Positions 42,060-56,662 of a stretch of DNA of 64,000 nucleotides are shown here, piece after piece; position 1 is the first letter of the stretch, and every line of letters begins with the position of its first letter. A program made the translations under genes and the position numbers. Origin of the DNA: Eledone cirrhosa (lineage: Eukaryota); the NCBI GenBank assembly GCA_964016885.1, contig CAXHJY010001439.1:62001-126000 (forward strand). Direction: 5' to 3'. The notes under the pieces are model-generated. The model did not search any database. It was given only the letters and a program-made list of their open reading frames with translations, and was not told the DNA's origin.

Positions 42060-43965
42060 GTGTTGTGGTTGTAGTGTATGGGTGGTGGTTGTGTGGTGGG
42101 TAGTGTATGGGTGGTGGTGGTTGTGTGGTGGGTAGTGTATGGGTGGTGGTGGTGGTTGTGTGGTGGGTAGTGTATGGGTGGTGGTGGTTGTGTGGTGGGT
42201 AGTGTATGGGTGGTGGTGGTTGTGTGGTGGTAGTGTATGGGTGGTGGTGGTGGTTGTGTGGTGGGTAGTGTATGGGTGGTGGTGGTGGTTGTGTGGTGGT
42301 AGTGTATGGGTGGTGGTTGTGTGATGGTGGTGGTTGTGGTTGGTGGTGGTTGTGGTTGGTAGTGTATGGGTGGTGGTTGTGTGGTGGTGGTTATGGTTGG
42401 TGGTGTATGGGTGGTGGTTGTGGTATAGTGTTGTGGTTGGTAGTGTATTAGTGTATGGGTGGTGGTTGTGTGGTGGTGATTGTGGTTTGTGGTGTATGTG
42501 TGGTGGTGGTGGTATAGTGTTGTGGTTGGTAGTGTATGGGTGGTGTTTGTGGTATAGTGTTGTGGTTGGTAGTGTATGGGTGGTGGTTGTGTGGTGGTTG
42601 TGGTATAGTGTTGTAGTTGGTAGTGTATGGGTGGTGGTTGTGTGGTGGTGGTTGTGGTTGGTAGTGTATGGGTGGTGGTGGTTGTGGTTGGTAGTGTATG
42701 GGTGGTGGTTGTGTGGTGGTGGTTGTGGTTGGTAGTGTATGGGTGGTGGTTGTGTGGTGGTGGTCGTTGTGGTTGGTGGTGGTTGTGGTATAGTGTTGTG
42801 GCTGGTAGTGTATGGGTGGTGGTTGTGTTATAGTGTTGTGGTTGGTAGTGTATGGGTGGTGGTTGTGTGGTGGTGGTGGTTGTGGTTGGTAGTGTATGGG
42901 TGGTGGTTGTGTTATAGTGTTGTGGTTGGTAGTGTATGGGTGGTGGTTGTGTGGTGGTGGTTGTGGTTGGTAGTGTATGGGTGGTGGTTGTGTCTGGTAG
43001 TGTATGGGTGGTGGTTGTGTTATAGTGTTGTGGTTGGTAGTGTATGGGTGGTGGTTGTGTGGTGGTGGTTGTGGTTGGTGGTGTATAGGTGGTGGTTTTG
43101 GTATAGTGTTGTGGTTGTTAGTGTATGGGTGGTGGTTGTGTGGTGGTGGTGGTAGTAGTGGTGGTGGTAGTAGTAGCGGTGGTTGTGGTACTGGAGATGT
43201 TGATGCTAGTGGTGGTGGTAGTGGTAGTAGTGGTGGTGGTAGTAGTAGCGGTGGTTGTGGTACTGGAGATGTTGATGCTAGTGGTGGTGGTAGTGGTAGT
43301 AGTGGTGGTGGTAGTGGCGGTGGTTGTGGTACTGGAGATGTTGATGCTAGTGGTGGTGGTGGTAGTAGTGGTGGTGGTAGTGGCGGTGGTTGTGGTACTG
43401 GATATGTTGATGCTAGTGGTGGTGGTGGTGGTAGTAGTGGTGGTGGTAGTGGCGGTGTTTGTGGTACTGGAGATGTTGATGCTAGTGGTGGTGGTAGTAG
43501 TGGTGGTGGTAGTGGCGGTGGTTGTGGTACTGGATATGTTGATGCTAGTGGTGGTGGTGGTGGTAGTAGTGGTGGTGGTAGTGGCGGTGCTTGTGGTACT
43601 GGAGATGTTGATGCTAGTGGTGGTGGTGGTAGTAGTAGTCCTGGTGGTAGTGGCGGTGGTTGTGGTACTGGATATGTTGATGCTAGTGGTGGTGGTGGTG
43701 GTAGTAGTGGTGGTGGTAGTGGCGGTGGTTGTGGTACTGGATATGTTGATGCTAGTGGTGGTGGTGGTAGTAGTAGTGGTGGTAGTGGCGGTGGTTGTGG
43801 TACTGGAGATGTTGATGCTAGTGGTGGTGGTAGAAGTGGTGGTGGTAGTGCAGTGGTTGTGGTACTGGAGATGTTGATGCTAGTGGTGGTAGTGGCGGTA
43901 GTGGTGGTAGTAGTAGTGGTGGTGGTGGTAGTAGTGGTGGTGGTGGTAACGGTGGTAGTAGTGGT
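42060..43965. repeat. GT-rich minisatellites (GTAGTGTATGGGTGGTGGTT, then a ~63-bp GGTACTGGAGATGTTGATGCTAGT unit)
   Basis: Directly visible. Confidence 0.9.
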
Positions 43966-44760
43966 TCTTAACAACACACAACAACAAAGACAACAGACAA
44001 ACAAGAGGAAAGTTCAATACATGAACTAGAAATAAACATCGGAATTCCATTCTTGTTTGAGGAGAACTGGTTTAATATCATGGTTGTACGTGATTAATAA
44101 TGTAGGATCATACACACACACACACACACTGATACACACACACACATACACACAGATACACACACACACACACACACACACAGATACACACACACACACA
44201 CACACATACACACACATACACACACATACACACATACATAGACACATACACACACACTGAAGTAGATATGCATACACACACACATACATACACACACATA
44301 CACACACATACATAGACACATACATACACACATATATATATATCTATATATAGATATGCATACACACTCACATACATACACACACATACACACACACATA
44401 CACACACATACACACACACATGCATAGACACACGCACGCACACATACATAGACACACACACACACAGACACACACAACACACATCTATATCTATATATAT
44501 ATATAGAGAGAGAGAGACTAAATCTAGATATATAGATATACATACACACTTATACATACAAATAGACACACATACACATACATACATATGAATATATAAA
44601 TATATATATATATATATACACACACCCACATATTTCTCTCTCTCTCTCTATATATATATACTACCGTGTGCACGCCTGTCTGCATGTGTCCGTTATATGC
44701 TTCAACACACGCCCACACACACATATATATATGAACACGAACCGAACACCCACGCTTGTA

Positions 44761-44805
<45 letters not shown>

Positions 44806-45370
44806 CTTCATTTACGTGTGTTTGTGTATGTGAACATTTGGAACAAATTTTCTTTTAAAATATTTATCATCTAAAATTCGCCTATAATCCGCCATTGTTT
44901 AAACTTTCCGCTTTTCTTCGTAATTTCAGTCATTTTATATTTTATTCTGAATAACTTTTCAAGAAAGTCCGGGGGCTTATCTTCAGCAGGAAATACTTTT
45001 AGCACCGGATATTATTGCTATTTTATTGTAGCCGAGAATCATATGAACACTGATTCGTATTCATTAATACTGCACTTTGACCTCTCTAGTGATTCAGCTG
45101 TATCGGTCGGTAGAGCGTCGAATGAAATGCTTTGCTGCAAATATAGTTACAAGCTCTTTAATTTCTTAGTTCAAATTCCGCCGAGGTTAGCTTTTATATA
45201 TATATATATATATATTGTTATACTTGGGGAGGGTCATATTTGTGTAATATTGCCAGAATTAATAACAGAACACACTCACTGTTTGGTTAGTTTTCGCTTC
45301 TCGCTTCTGTGTCTTTTATATCGGTAATCTAACTTACTCGGTCCTCAATGTTGCCATTGACTGACCGACG

Positions 45371-45484
45371 GTCAAAAATAATACAGATACAATATAATAT
45401 CGACACAAACACACATATATATATAGTTTATCATATATATATGTTTTTGTGTCTATATTATATTGTATCTGTATTATTTTTGAC
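45371..45484. repeat. Small fold-back element around an AT-rich centre
   Basis: gtcaaaaataatacagatacaatataata ... tattatattgtatctgtattatttttgac (29-bp perfect inverted repeat, extending imperfectly). Confidence 0.85.
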
Positions 45485-45554
45485 AGTCACCAATTGTTGT
45501 TAGTTTGGCTGACCACCTTCAAGTAATGGTCTAACTGGTTTTTACAGCATCCAT

Positions 45555-45603
<49 letters not shown>

Positions 45604-45788
45604 GATAAATCTACCAAGAGTTTACGGTAGTGTCCAATCCGTATGAAGAACTCAATGTATTCCAGATATCATGGAAAGAAGAGATGTAATGAAAATCCAC
45701 TTTCGGTGAAAGATAAACGGTATACAGAGTCAAGATAAAATATTAAACAAATAATGAACAAACAATTCCTTATATTAAACAAAAAAAG

Positions 45789-45943
45789 TTCACTATTTAA
45801 CGATCGTTTCTAGGGTATATATGTGTTATAATTGGTATGCATATTCAACAGATCTATGTACAAAATTATACAAAATTATACAAATTATCAAGATTAAATA
45901 TACATACCTAACACATATATACGCCGTCTTCAGAAATAATGAA
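45789..45943 (-). ncRNA. Hammerhead ribozyme with giant stem II (copy 2)
   Basis: Reverse complement of 56663-56817. Confidence 0.78.
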
Positions 45944-46762
45944 GTATATTTATTGATAATAACAACAATTCAAAATATCAGTTCAAAATTGACCAATGAA
46001 AACACAAAGGGTTAAAAGCAGTTTGGTGTGTGTATATACATGTAAAATCCTTACACATATTTTACAATAATGTGTGTATAATTTGTATGTGCATACTAAA
46101 AAGATGGATGCAAACACAAAATTTCAAGGTTAATATCTCTGTAAGCTTAATGCGCTGATAAGATGCGCAATGATACTTATGGAGTCAAGCATATAAATAT
46201 ATTTTTTTCATACTCACACATTACAGTATAATCACACATACATGCGCGTATATGCATAAATATACACATAAACACGAACATACAAACACACACACTCCCC
46301 CACTCACATTTATATATGTGGATATAAAATCATAAGCAAATAGAAATTAAGTCACTCACATAAAGCACTGGCACACACATTTCAAGATCAAGATACAGAA
46401 ATTAGGTGGGAGGGGGGGGGAGGGGTCAGTATTAGATTGTCAGAGCAGACTGCCTAATATAAATGTATCTATAAATTAAGAAAAATAAAAAAATAAAAAC
46501 AATAAAATATAATAAATAATATAATGTACATACACATACAGATATACATACACATACATACATGTACGCGCACATAGAGATATTTACGCATACACACATA
46601 CACACATACGTAAACAGTCATACACACACATACACTTACACGAACATACACATACACATATAAAAAGATATATATACACACACACACACACGCAACACAT
46701 ACACACATACACATATATATAAAAAATAGATAATAAAGATATACATCCATATATATATATAT

Positions 46763-46817
<55 letters not shown>

Positions 46818-46906
46818 TATACACATACATACCCATACATCTAAATATACATACACATACACACACACATACATGTATATACATGTACATACATATACGC
46901 ACATCG

Positions 46907-46956
<50 letters not shown>

Positions 46957-47003
46957 TCACATAGACATAAAGATACATACACACATAACTTACATACACA
47001 CGC

Positions 47004-47034
<31 letters not shown>

Positions 47035-47315
47035 TGTACCTTCATACACAGAATTAGATATATAATCATACATACATATGCACCTACTTATACTCATATA
47101 AATAAATACATACGCTTCCATATATGTGTATACACATAAAAAACAATACCACCTCACCAAAACTCAGACATACAAATGAAAATAATAATAAAAAAAATAA
47201 TAAAAAAACGCATATGTATATACATACACACACTCATTAATAGAGATATATATATATACACACACATACATACACACACATATATATACATACACACACA
47301 CATACATACACATAC

Positions 47316-47370
<55 letters not shown>

Positions 47371-47688
47371 TAGACTCATATATATATATATATACATATA
47401 TACATATAAACATATATATCCACACACTCATACCACCATAAATACACATACAAACACCCACATGTATATATATATATATATCCACATACACACACGTATA
47501 CATATATATATATATATATATATAGACATACATATATATATATACACACACATAAAAAACAGACATGCACATATATATATATATATATATATTTCATTAC
47601 TCTTATACATACACATAGTATATATACATACACAACCTCACTTATACACATATACACATAAGTTATATTACAATAATAATAAAGAATA

Positions 47689-47727
<39 letters not shown>

Positions 47728-47837
47728 CATATATATATATATATACATACATACATACACATACATACATACACATAAATATATACATACATAAATACAC
47801 ACATACGAATAAAGACATATATTCACACATAGACACC

Positions 47838-47868
<31 letters not shown>

Positions 47869-47869
47869 C

Positions 47870-47917
<48 letters not shown>

Positions 47918-49699
47918 CACACACACACACACACACAGACACACATACACACTCACATATATATATATATATATATGTGTATGTGAGTGTGCGCACATAC
48001 ACATACATACACACACACATACAAACACACACAAACACATACATATGCATACGTGCACACACACACACATATATCACATAGATACGAAGATAAACATATA
48101 AATAGAGAGACATACAAATATATACACAACACGTATACACATACATACATACACGCATATACATATACATACATATATACACATATATAAATTCCTATAT
48201 ATAAGCATACACATACATACACATACATACACATACATACACATATACATACCACACATTCACATACACATACATATATATTACATATATATACATATAT
48301 ATACATACATATGTATGTACAATCATATATACACACTCAATCTTACATTCATATTTACATGCTCATATATGTATTTTTATATTTAGAAATAAATACCAAA
48401 ACCTATATAGACACCCACCTACATATATATTCATACATATACGCTTACAAATACAGATGATAATAGTATGGGGGAAAGGGGGGGTTTGGAGAAGGGGATC
48501 AAAGTAAATATATGTTTCAAGAAACATATAATATTTTCCGTATCTTAATTCAATGTATGTTCTTACATATTTTCAGTGCTAGGAAATACGAAATCTATGC
48601 ATCTCAAAATAAATAAGTATACCATTAATCATATGTTAACTAAACCAAAGATAGTCAACATATTGATTTCTAAGATGTAAATTAGTTAGGTTTATAATAT
48701 TTGAAGCAGAATTATGAAGTCAAACAGTAGTAGATTATTAATTACATTATAACTAAATTAAAGTTAATAACGTTATGGTATCAATATTAGGAGATGAATT
48801 TAGTAATAGGGAAAAGAAACCCAAATAAAAATAAAATAAAGTATTACATCGGTAGTAGCATATAAATTATATGTTAACTAAATTAAAAATTATATATTTA
48901 TTTCAATAGTATACGTTAATTAGTATATGTTAATTAGGTATACAATACATAAAGCAGATATTGTATTTCATCAATAGCATAATATAATTATATGCAAATA
49001 AAAATCAAAATTAATACGCATACATATACATATACATACACATACACATATACATACATATACACACATATATATATATATATACATATATATACACATA
49101 TATACATATATACTCACATAAACATACATACAGATACACATACACAACACACACATATACATATACATATACATATACATATCTTTTTCAAAAAATTGCA
49201 CAGAATATATTAACTAGGTATATATCCAAAACACATCACATTCTATGATTACATGACATTCTGCAATTCGTCTGTACAAGGATACTAATTTTAAGCAAAT
49301 TAAAATTAAAGTTTTAGGTTGATTAAAACTAAAACCAAATAATAAATATATTTCCAAAATGTATATTAATTAGGTCTATAATACTAAAAATTCTTTCTCC
49401 GTCATTGGATACATGATATTATTTTGTTATATTTTATCTGTAAAAGAATTATAATAAAAAAAAAAAAAAAAAAAAAATTATAATAAAAAAAATTATAATA
49501 AAAAAAATTATAATAAAAAGGTTTAAATAAATTAAAATTAATCTATAGATTAAATTACTGAGTATATATTAGTAATATTTAAAGGTTTTTCAAAATTTAT
49601 GATTACATAATATTTTCTCATCTGTAATAAAATATTAATTAAATTAAATTTATAGGTTAACTAACATTTAAAATTAAATTAATTTCTAGAATAATGTTA

Positions 49700-50288
49700 T
49701 TAATTAGGTTTATAATATTTAAATGTTTTTTTTAGTTTATGATTACACGATATAATTAATTCCTGTCGTTTATTTAATAAGATATCCCTAGACTTCATTA
49801 TTTCAAATAGTTCTTGGGAACATAATCTACATTCCTTTCTATTATTTTGATAAGGGGTGGCTCTTTTGAGCACACTCCAGGTCAAATCATATTTTATATT
49901 TTTATTTTTATAACTATTGATTTTTTCTGCTAGAGATGTTGTATTAGCCAGTGCGGCATTTTTAAAGCTATGTTTGTGGGTATTATACCTTGTCTTAAAA
50001 TTGTTAGAGGTAGCTCCTATATATGAGCAAATAGAATCTTTAGTTTTAACATTACATTTATAGACTATGTTGTTAACAAGACAATTCCCTTTTAATGGGC
50101 AGTTTGTTTTGTTTCTACAGTTACATCCTTTCGTTAATTCTGTATTTGAGGAGATATTATTGTTAATTTGATGTACTGGTGGTATACTTATGGTTTTCTT
50201 ACATTTATATGCATTATATGCACTTATATTTTGTTTTATGTTATTTGTTGTAGAGTATGAGAATTTAACTGTAGACCTATTTAAGATT
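49700..50288 (-). pseudogene. Inverted duplicate of the PLE ORF 3' end (GIY-YIG domain)
   Basis: Reverse complement of 52342-52930; CSQE here versus CSHE in the main ORF. Confidence 0.92.
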
Positions 50289-50488
50289 CATACGGATTGG
50301 ACACTACCGTAAACTCTTGGTAGATTTATCTACATAATTTTGCTCCTATTTTCACGGAAATATTCGTATTTTTGTACTGTATGTGTGTATTAATTTTATA
50401 TTTATGTATAAACATATATATATGTATGATTTTGTAAACCCATATACATTTAGTTGAGCTCTTTCAATTGTCCATCATCCATATCACA

Positions 50489-52930
50489 ATGGAAAAACAA
50501 TATTTAGGAACCTCCTTAAAAAACATACCAATACCTTCTAAGGACGACTTCTTACTCCTTATGATTCAGAAAACTAATAATTTTATCAGAAGGGTTAGAT
50601 GGAGAGCCTACCACTTCGATAGAAAATCTAAACAAGCAGATCGGAAATATATGTATGATTTCAATACTTACAAGAATCCACCACACAACTTTTTACTTGA
50701 AGACTTCGAGAAAGACCTTTTTAATTTAATTAAACACCTCAAATTTAAAAAGTATAAATCTGTCTTTCAAAAGGACCTTGATTCTACCCTATTGGACCTA
50801 AAAAAGTCTAAAAAAATCCATGTCCACTCGGACAAAACTGGTAACTTGTATCATATGGATATTGAACATTATAATGAGTTCATATATAAAGAACTCAGAA
50901 AAAATTATAAAAAATCTAATAATGTGTCACTCACCAACATCAACAACAAAACACACAACATAGTAAAAAAACTAAATATTGAAGATAGAACTGAACCTTT
51001 GGCATTGAAAAGACCACACTTCAACCTGAAAGATCACAAATCTAACTTTAACTCTAATCCTTCTATTAGACTTATATGTCCCTCCAAATCAGATATTGGA
51101 ATAATTAGCAAAAAAATTTTAGATAGAGTCATCCCACAAATAAGAAAATACGTTATTTTACCACTCTGGGAAAACACCTCCCAGGTAATTAATTGGTTTA
51201 AAAATATTAGGTGTAAATCTTCTGCTTCTTTCCTACAATTTGATATAGATAATTACTATTCTTCTATATCACCCATACTCCTGAACAAAGCATTAATATT
51301 TGCTAAAAATAGATCTAATTTAACTTCGGATGACATTATCATTATTACACATGCTAGACAAACACTTATTGAATTTCAGAATGAATACTGGACCAGAAAC
51401 ACATACAGTAATCTTTTTGATATTACTATGGGTTCAAGCGATTCCGCCCAAATTACTGATCTTGTGGGCCTCTTTCTCCTTTTCAACATAAATGCCTCTT
51501 TTCCCCACCTCAAAGGTGGTTTATATCGTGATGACTGTCTTCTTCTTTCTAACAACCTTAGCCTTTCAGAAATCGAAAAAAACAAAAAGCATATTAGAAC
51601 TTTCCTTAAAGACTATTATAATCTTAATATTACTTTTGAAAAAACAAGTAAAGTAGTAAATTTCCTAGATATAACTTTAGATTTAGCTACGGGTATATAC
51701 CAACCTTACCATAAACCTAACCAAAACTTACATTACATACACTCACAATCTAATCACCCTAAATCTATCCTTAAAAACCTTACATATAATATATCACTTA
51801 GAATTTCTAACCTTTCTTCTAACCAAGATGTATTTGATAAAAATGCGACCTTTTATAATGAAGCTCTAGATAGAAGTGGCCACAAAAATAGATTAGAGTA
51901 TATACCTTCTACTAAAAATACTGAAAGCATACAGCATAATATTACCAACAAACACCAAATGAAAAGTACACACCTAAATGCCACCCACAATATACCCCAA
52001 AATACTAAATCTTCTAATATAAAGTATAGTAACCCTCAAAAAACTACTCATCATACAACTATAATAAATATTAATAATAAAACTCCTAATAAAAAAGATA
52101 AAACACCTAAATCTACAAATATAACTAAAAATAGTTGTGGTGAGATCATTAACATTAATCCTCCTAGTAAAAATCATGATACAACATATAAAAATAATAA
52201 AAATAATAAACAACATAGAAACCGTAATAGACGAGTTACTTGGTATAATGCTCCTTTTAATTTACAAGTTAAGGATAATATTGCTAAAAAATTTTTTTAT
52301 ATCCTTGAGAAAAACTTCCCGCCAAACCACAAATACCATCAAATCTTAAATAGGTCTACAGTTAAATTCTCATACTCTACAACAAATAACATAAAACAAA
52401 ATATAAGTGCATATAATGCATATAAATGTAAGAAAACCATAAGTATACCACCAGTACATCAAATTAACAATAATATCTCCTCAAATACAGAATTAACGAA
52501 AGGATGTAACTGTAGAAACAAAACAAACTGCCCATTAAAAGGGAATTGTCTTGTTAACAACATAGTCTATAAATGTAATGTTAAAACTAAAGATTCTATT
52601 TGCTCATATATAGGAGCTACCTCTAACAATTTTAAGACAAGGTATAATACCCACAAACATAGCTTTAAAAATGCCGCACTGGCTAATACAACATCTCTAG
52701 CAGAAAAAATCAATAGTTATAAAAATAAAAATATAAAATATGATTTGACCTGGAGTGTGCTCAAAAGAGCCACCCCTTATCAAAATAATAGAAAGGAATG
52801 TAGATTATGTTCCCATGAACTATTTGAAATAATGAAGTCTAGGGATATCTTATTAAATAAACGACAGGAATTAATTATATCGTGTAATCATAAACTAAAA
52901 AAAACATTTAAATATTATAAACCTAATTAA
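50489..52930 (+). CDS. PLE polyprotein (813 aa from first ATG): reverse transcriptase, N/K/T-rich linker, Cys motif, GIY-YIG endonuclease
   Basis: SLKNIPIPS; SDKTGNLY; LKDHK..F..NPSIRLICP; FLQFDIDNYYSSI; FDITMGSSDSAQITDLVG; GGLYRDDCL; VNFLDITL; CNCRNKTNCPLKGNCL; IVY...YIGAT; CRLC; LLNKRQEL..SCNH. This motif set is characteristic of Naiad-clade PLEs. Confidence 0.96.
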   Translation: MEKQYLGTSLKNIPIPSKDDFLLLMIQKTNNFIRRVRWRAYHFDRKSKQADRKYMYDFNTYKNPPHNFLLEDFEKDLFNLIKHLKFKKYKSVFQKDLDSTLLDLKKSKKIHVHSDKTGNLYHMDIEHYNEFIYKELRKNYKKSNNVSLTNINNKTHNIVKKLNIEDRTEPLALKRPHFNLKDHKSNFNSNPSIRLICPSKSDIGIISKKILDRVIPQIRKYVILPLWENTSQVINWFKNIRCKSSASFLQFDIDNYYSSISPILLNKALIFAKNRSNLTSDDIIIITHARQTLIEFQNEYWTRNTYSNLFDITMGSSDSAQITDLVGLFLLFNINASFPHLKGGLYRDDCLLLSNNLSLSEIEKNKKHIRTFLKDYYNLNITFEKTSKVVNFLDITLDLATGIYQPYHKPNQNLHYIHSQSNHPKSILKNLTYNISLRISNLSSNQDVFDKNATFYNEALDRSGHKNRLEYIPSTKNTESIQHNITNKHQMKSTHLNATHNIPQNTKSSNIKYSNPQKTTHHTTIININNKTPNKKDKTPKSTNITKNSCGEIININPPSKNHDTTYKNNKNNKQHRNRNRRVTWYNAPFNLQVKDNIAKKFFYILEKNFPPNHKYHQILNRSTVKFSYSTTNNIKQNISAYNAYKCKKTISIPPVHQINNNISSNTELTKGCNCRNKTNCPLKGNCLVNNIVYKCNVKTKDSICSYIGATSNNFKTRYNTHKHSFKNAALANTTSLAEKINSYKNKNIKYDLTWSVLKRATPYQNNRKECRLCSHELFEIMKSRDILLNKRQELIISCNHKLKKTFKYYKPN

Positions 52931-54698
52931 TAACATTATTCTAGAAATTAATTTAATTTTAAATGTTAGTTAACCTATAAATTTAATTTAATTAATATTT
53001 TATTACAGATGAGAAAATATTATGTAATCATAAATTTTGAAAAACCTTTAAATATTACTAATATATACTCAGTAATTTAATCTATAGATTAATTTTAATT
53101 TATTTAAACCTTTTTATTATAATTTTTTTTATTATAATTTTTTTTTTTTTTTTTTTTTTTATTATAATTCTTTTACAGATAAAATATAACAAAATAATAT
53201 CATGTATCCAATGACGGAGAAAGAATTTTTAGTATTATAGACCTAATTAATATACATTTTGGAAATATATTTATTATTTGGTTTTAGTTTTAATCAACCT
53301 AAAACTTTAATTTTAATTTGCTTAAAATTAGTATCCTTGTACAGACGAATTGCAGAATGTCATGTAATCATAGAATGTGATGTGTTTTGGATATATACCT
53401 AGTTAATATATTCTGTGCAATTTTTTGAAAAAGATATGTATATGTATATGTATATGTATATGTGTGTGTTGTCTATGTGTATCTGTATGTATGTTTATGT
53501 GAGTATATATGTATATATGTGTATATATATGTATATATATATATATATGTGTGTATATGTATGTATATGTGTATGTGTATGTATATGTATATGTATGCGT
53601 ATTAATTTTGATTTTTATTTGCATATAATTATATTATGCTATTGATGAAATACAATATCTGCTTTATGTATTGTATACCTAATTAACATATACTAATTAA
53701 CGTATACTATTGAAATAAATATATAATTTTTAATTTAGTTAACATATAATTTATATGCTACTACCGATGTAATACTTTATTTTATTTTTATTTGGGTTTC
53801 TTTTCCCTATTACTAAATTCATCTCCTAATATTGATACCATAACGTTATTAACTTTAATTTAGTTATAATGTAATTAATAATCTACTACTGTTTGACTTC
53901 ATAATTCTGCTTCAAATATTATAAACCTAACTAATTTACACCTTAGAAATCAATATGTTGACTATCTTTGGTTTAGTTAACATATGATTAATGGTATACT
54001 TATTTATTTTGAGATGCATAGATTTCGTATTTCCTAGCACTGAAAATATGTAAGAACATACATTGAATTAAGATACGGAAAATATTATATGTTTCTTGAA
54101 ACATATATTTACTTTGATCCCCTTCTCCAAACCCCCCCTTTCCCCCATACTATTATCATCTGTATTTGTAAGCGTATATGTATGAATATATATGTAGGTG
54201 GGTGTCTATATAGGTTTTGGTATTTATTTCTAAATATAAAAATACATATATGAGCATGTAAATATGAATGTAAGATTGAGTGTGTATATATGATTGTACA
54301 TACATATGTATGTATATATATGTATATATATGTATTATATATGTATGTGTATGTGAATGTGTGGTATGTATATGTGTATGTATGTGTATGTATGTGTATG
54401 TATGTGTATGCTTATATATAGGAATTTATATATGTGTATATATGTATGTATATGTATATGCGTGTATGTATGTATGTGTATATGTGTTGTGTATATATTT
54501 GTATGTCTCTCTATTTATATGTTTATCTTCGTATCTATGTGATATATGTGTGTGTGTGTGCACGTATGCATATGTATGTGTTTGTGTGTGTTTGTATGTG
54601 TGTGTGTATGTATGTGTATGTGCGCACACTCACATACACATATATATATATATATATATGTGAGTGTGTATGTGTATCTGTGTGTGTGTGTGTGTGTG

Positions 54699-54746
<48 letters not shown>

Positions 54747-54747
54747 G

Positions 54748-54778
<31 letters not shown>

Positions 54779-54868
54779 GGTGTCTATGTGTGAATATATG
54801 TCTTTATTCGTATGTGTGTATTTATGTATGTATATATTTATGTGTATGTATGTATGTGTATGTATGTA

Positions 54869-54923
<55 letters not shown>

Positions 54924-55241
54924 ATATTATTCTTTATTATTATTGTAATATAACTTATGTGTATATGTGTATAAGTGAGGTTGTGTATGTATATATACTA
55001 TGTGTATGTATAAGAGTAATGAAATATATATATATATATATATATGTGCATGTCTGTTTTTTATGTGTGTGTATATATATATATGTATGTCTATATATAT
55101 ATATATATATGTATACGTGTGTGTATGTGGATATATATATATATATACATGTGGGTGTTTGTATGTGTATTTATGGTGGTATGAGTGTGTGGATATATAT
55201 GTTTATATGTATATATGTATATATATATATATATGAGTCTA

Positions 55242-55298
<57 letters not shown>

Positions 55299-55579
55299 GT
55301 ATGTGTATGTATGTGTGTGTGTATGTATATATATGTGTGTGTATGTATGTGTGTGTATATATATATATCTCTATTAATGAGTGTGTGTATGTATATACAT
55401 ATGCGTTTTTTTATTATTTTTTTTATTATTATTTTCATTTGTATGTCTGAGTTTTGGTGAGGTGGTATTGTTTTTTATGTGTATACACATATATGGAAGC
55501 GTATGTATTTATTTATATGAGTATAAGTAGGTGCATATGTATGTATGATTATATATCTAATTCTGTGTATGAAGGTACA

Positions 55580-55617
<38 letters not shown>

Positions 55618-55661
55618 TGTGTATGTAAGTTGTGTGTGTATGTATCTTTATGTCTATGTGA

Positions 55662-55709
<48 letters not shown>

Positions 55710-55798
55710 CGATGTGCGTATATGTATGTACATGTATATACATGTATGTGTGTGTGTATGTGTATGTATATTTAGATGTATGGGTATGTATGTGTATA

Positions 55799-55845
<47 letters not shown>

Positions 55846-56662
55846 ATATATATATATATGGATGTATATCTTTATTATCTATTTTTTATATATATGTGTA
55901 TGTGTGTATGTGTTGCGTGTGTGTGTGTGTGTATATATATCTTTTTATATGTGTATGTGTATGTTCGTGTAAGTGTATGTGTGTGTATGACTGTTTACGT
56001 ATGTGTGTATGTGTGTATGCGTAAATATCTCTATGTGCGCGTACATGTATGTATGTGTATGTATATCTGTATGTGTATGTACATTATATTATTTATTATA
56101 TTTTATTGTTTTTATTTTTTTATTTTTCTTAATTTATAGATACATTTATATTAGGCAGTCTGCTCTGACAATCTAATACTGACCCCTCCCCCCCTCCCAC
56201 CTAATTTCTGTATCTTGATCTTGAAATGTGTGTGCCAGTGCTTTATGTGAGTGACTTAATTTCTATTTGCTTATGATTTTATATCCACATATATAAATGT
56301 GAGTGGGGGAGTGTGTGTGTTTGTATGTTCGTGTTTATGTGTATATTTATGCATATACGCGCATGTATGTGTGATTATACTGATATGTGTGAGTATGAAA
56401 AAAATATATTTATATGCTTGACTCCATAAGTATCATTGCGCATCTTATCAGCGCATTAAGCTTACAGAGATATTAACCTTGAAATTTTGTGTTTGCATCC
56501 ATCTTTTTAGTATGCACATACAAATTATACACACATTATTGTAAAATATGTGTAAGGATTTTACATGTATATACACACACCAAACTGCTTTTAACCCTTT
56601 GTGTTTTCATTGGTCAATTTTGAACTGATATTTTGAATTGTTGTTATTATCAATAAATATAC

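Noticed and set aside
44946-44990. Minus-strand CTGAAGA...GAAA hammerhead-like motif
   Set aside because: Stems II and III are too poorly paired to call.
45735-50288. A-to-I editing signature between the inverted arms
   Set aside because: The differences inspected (A/T, T/C, G/C) show no A>G bias.
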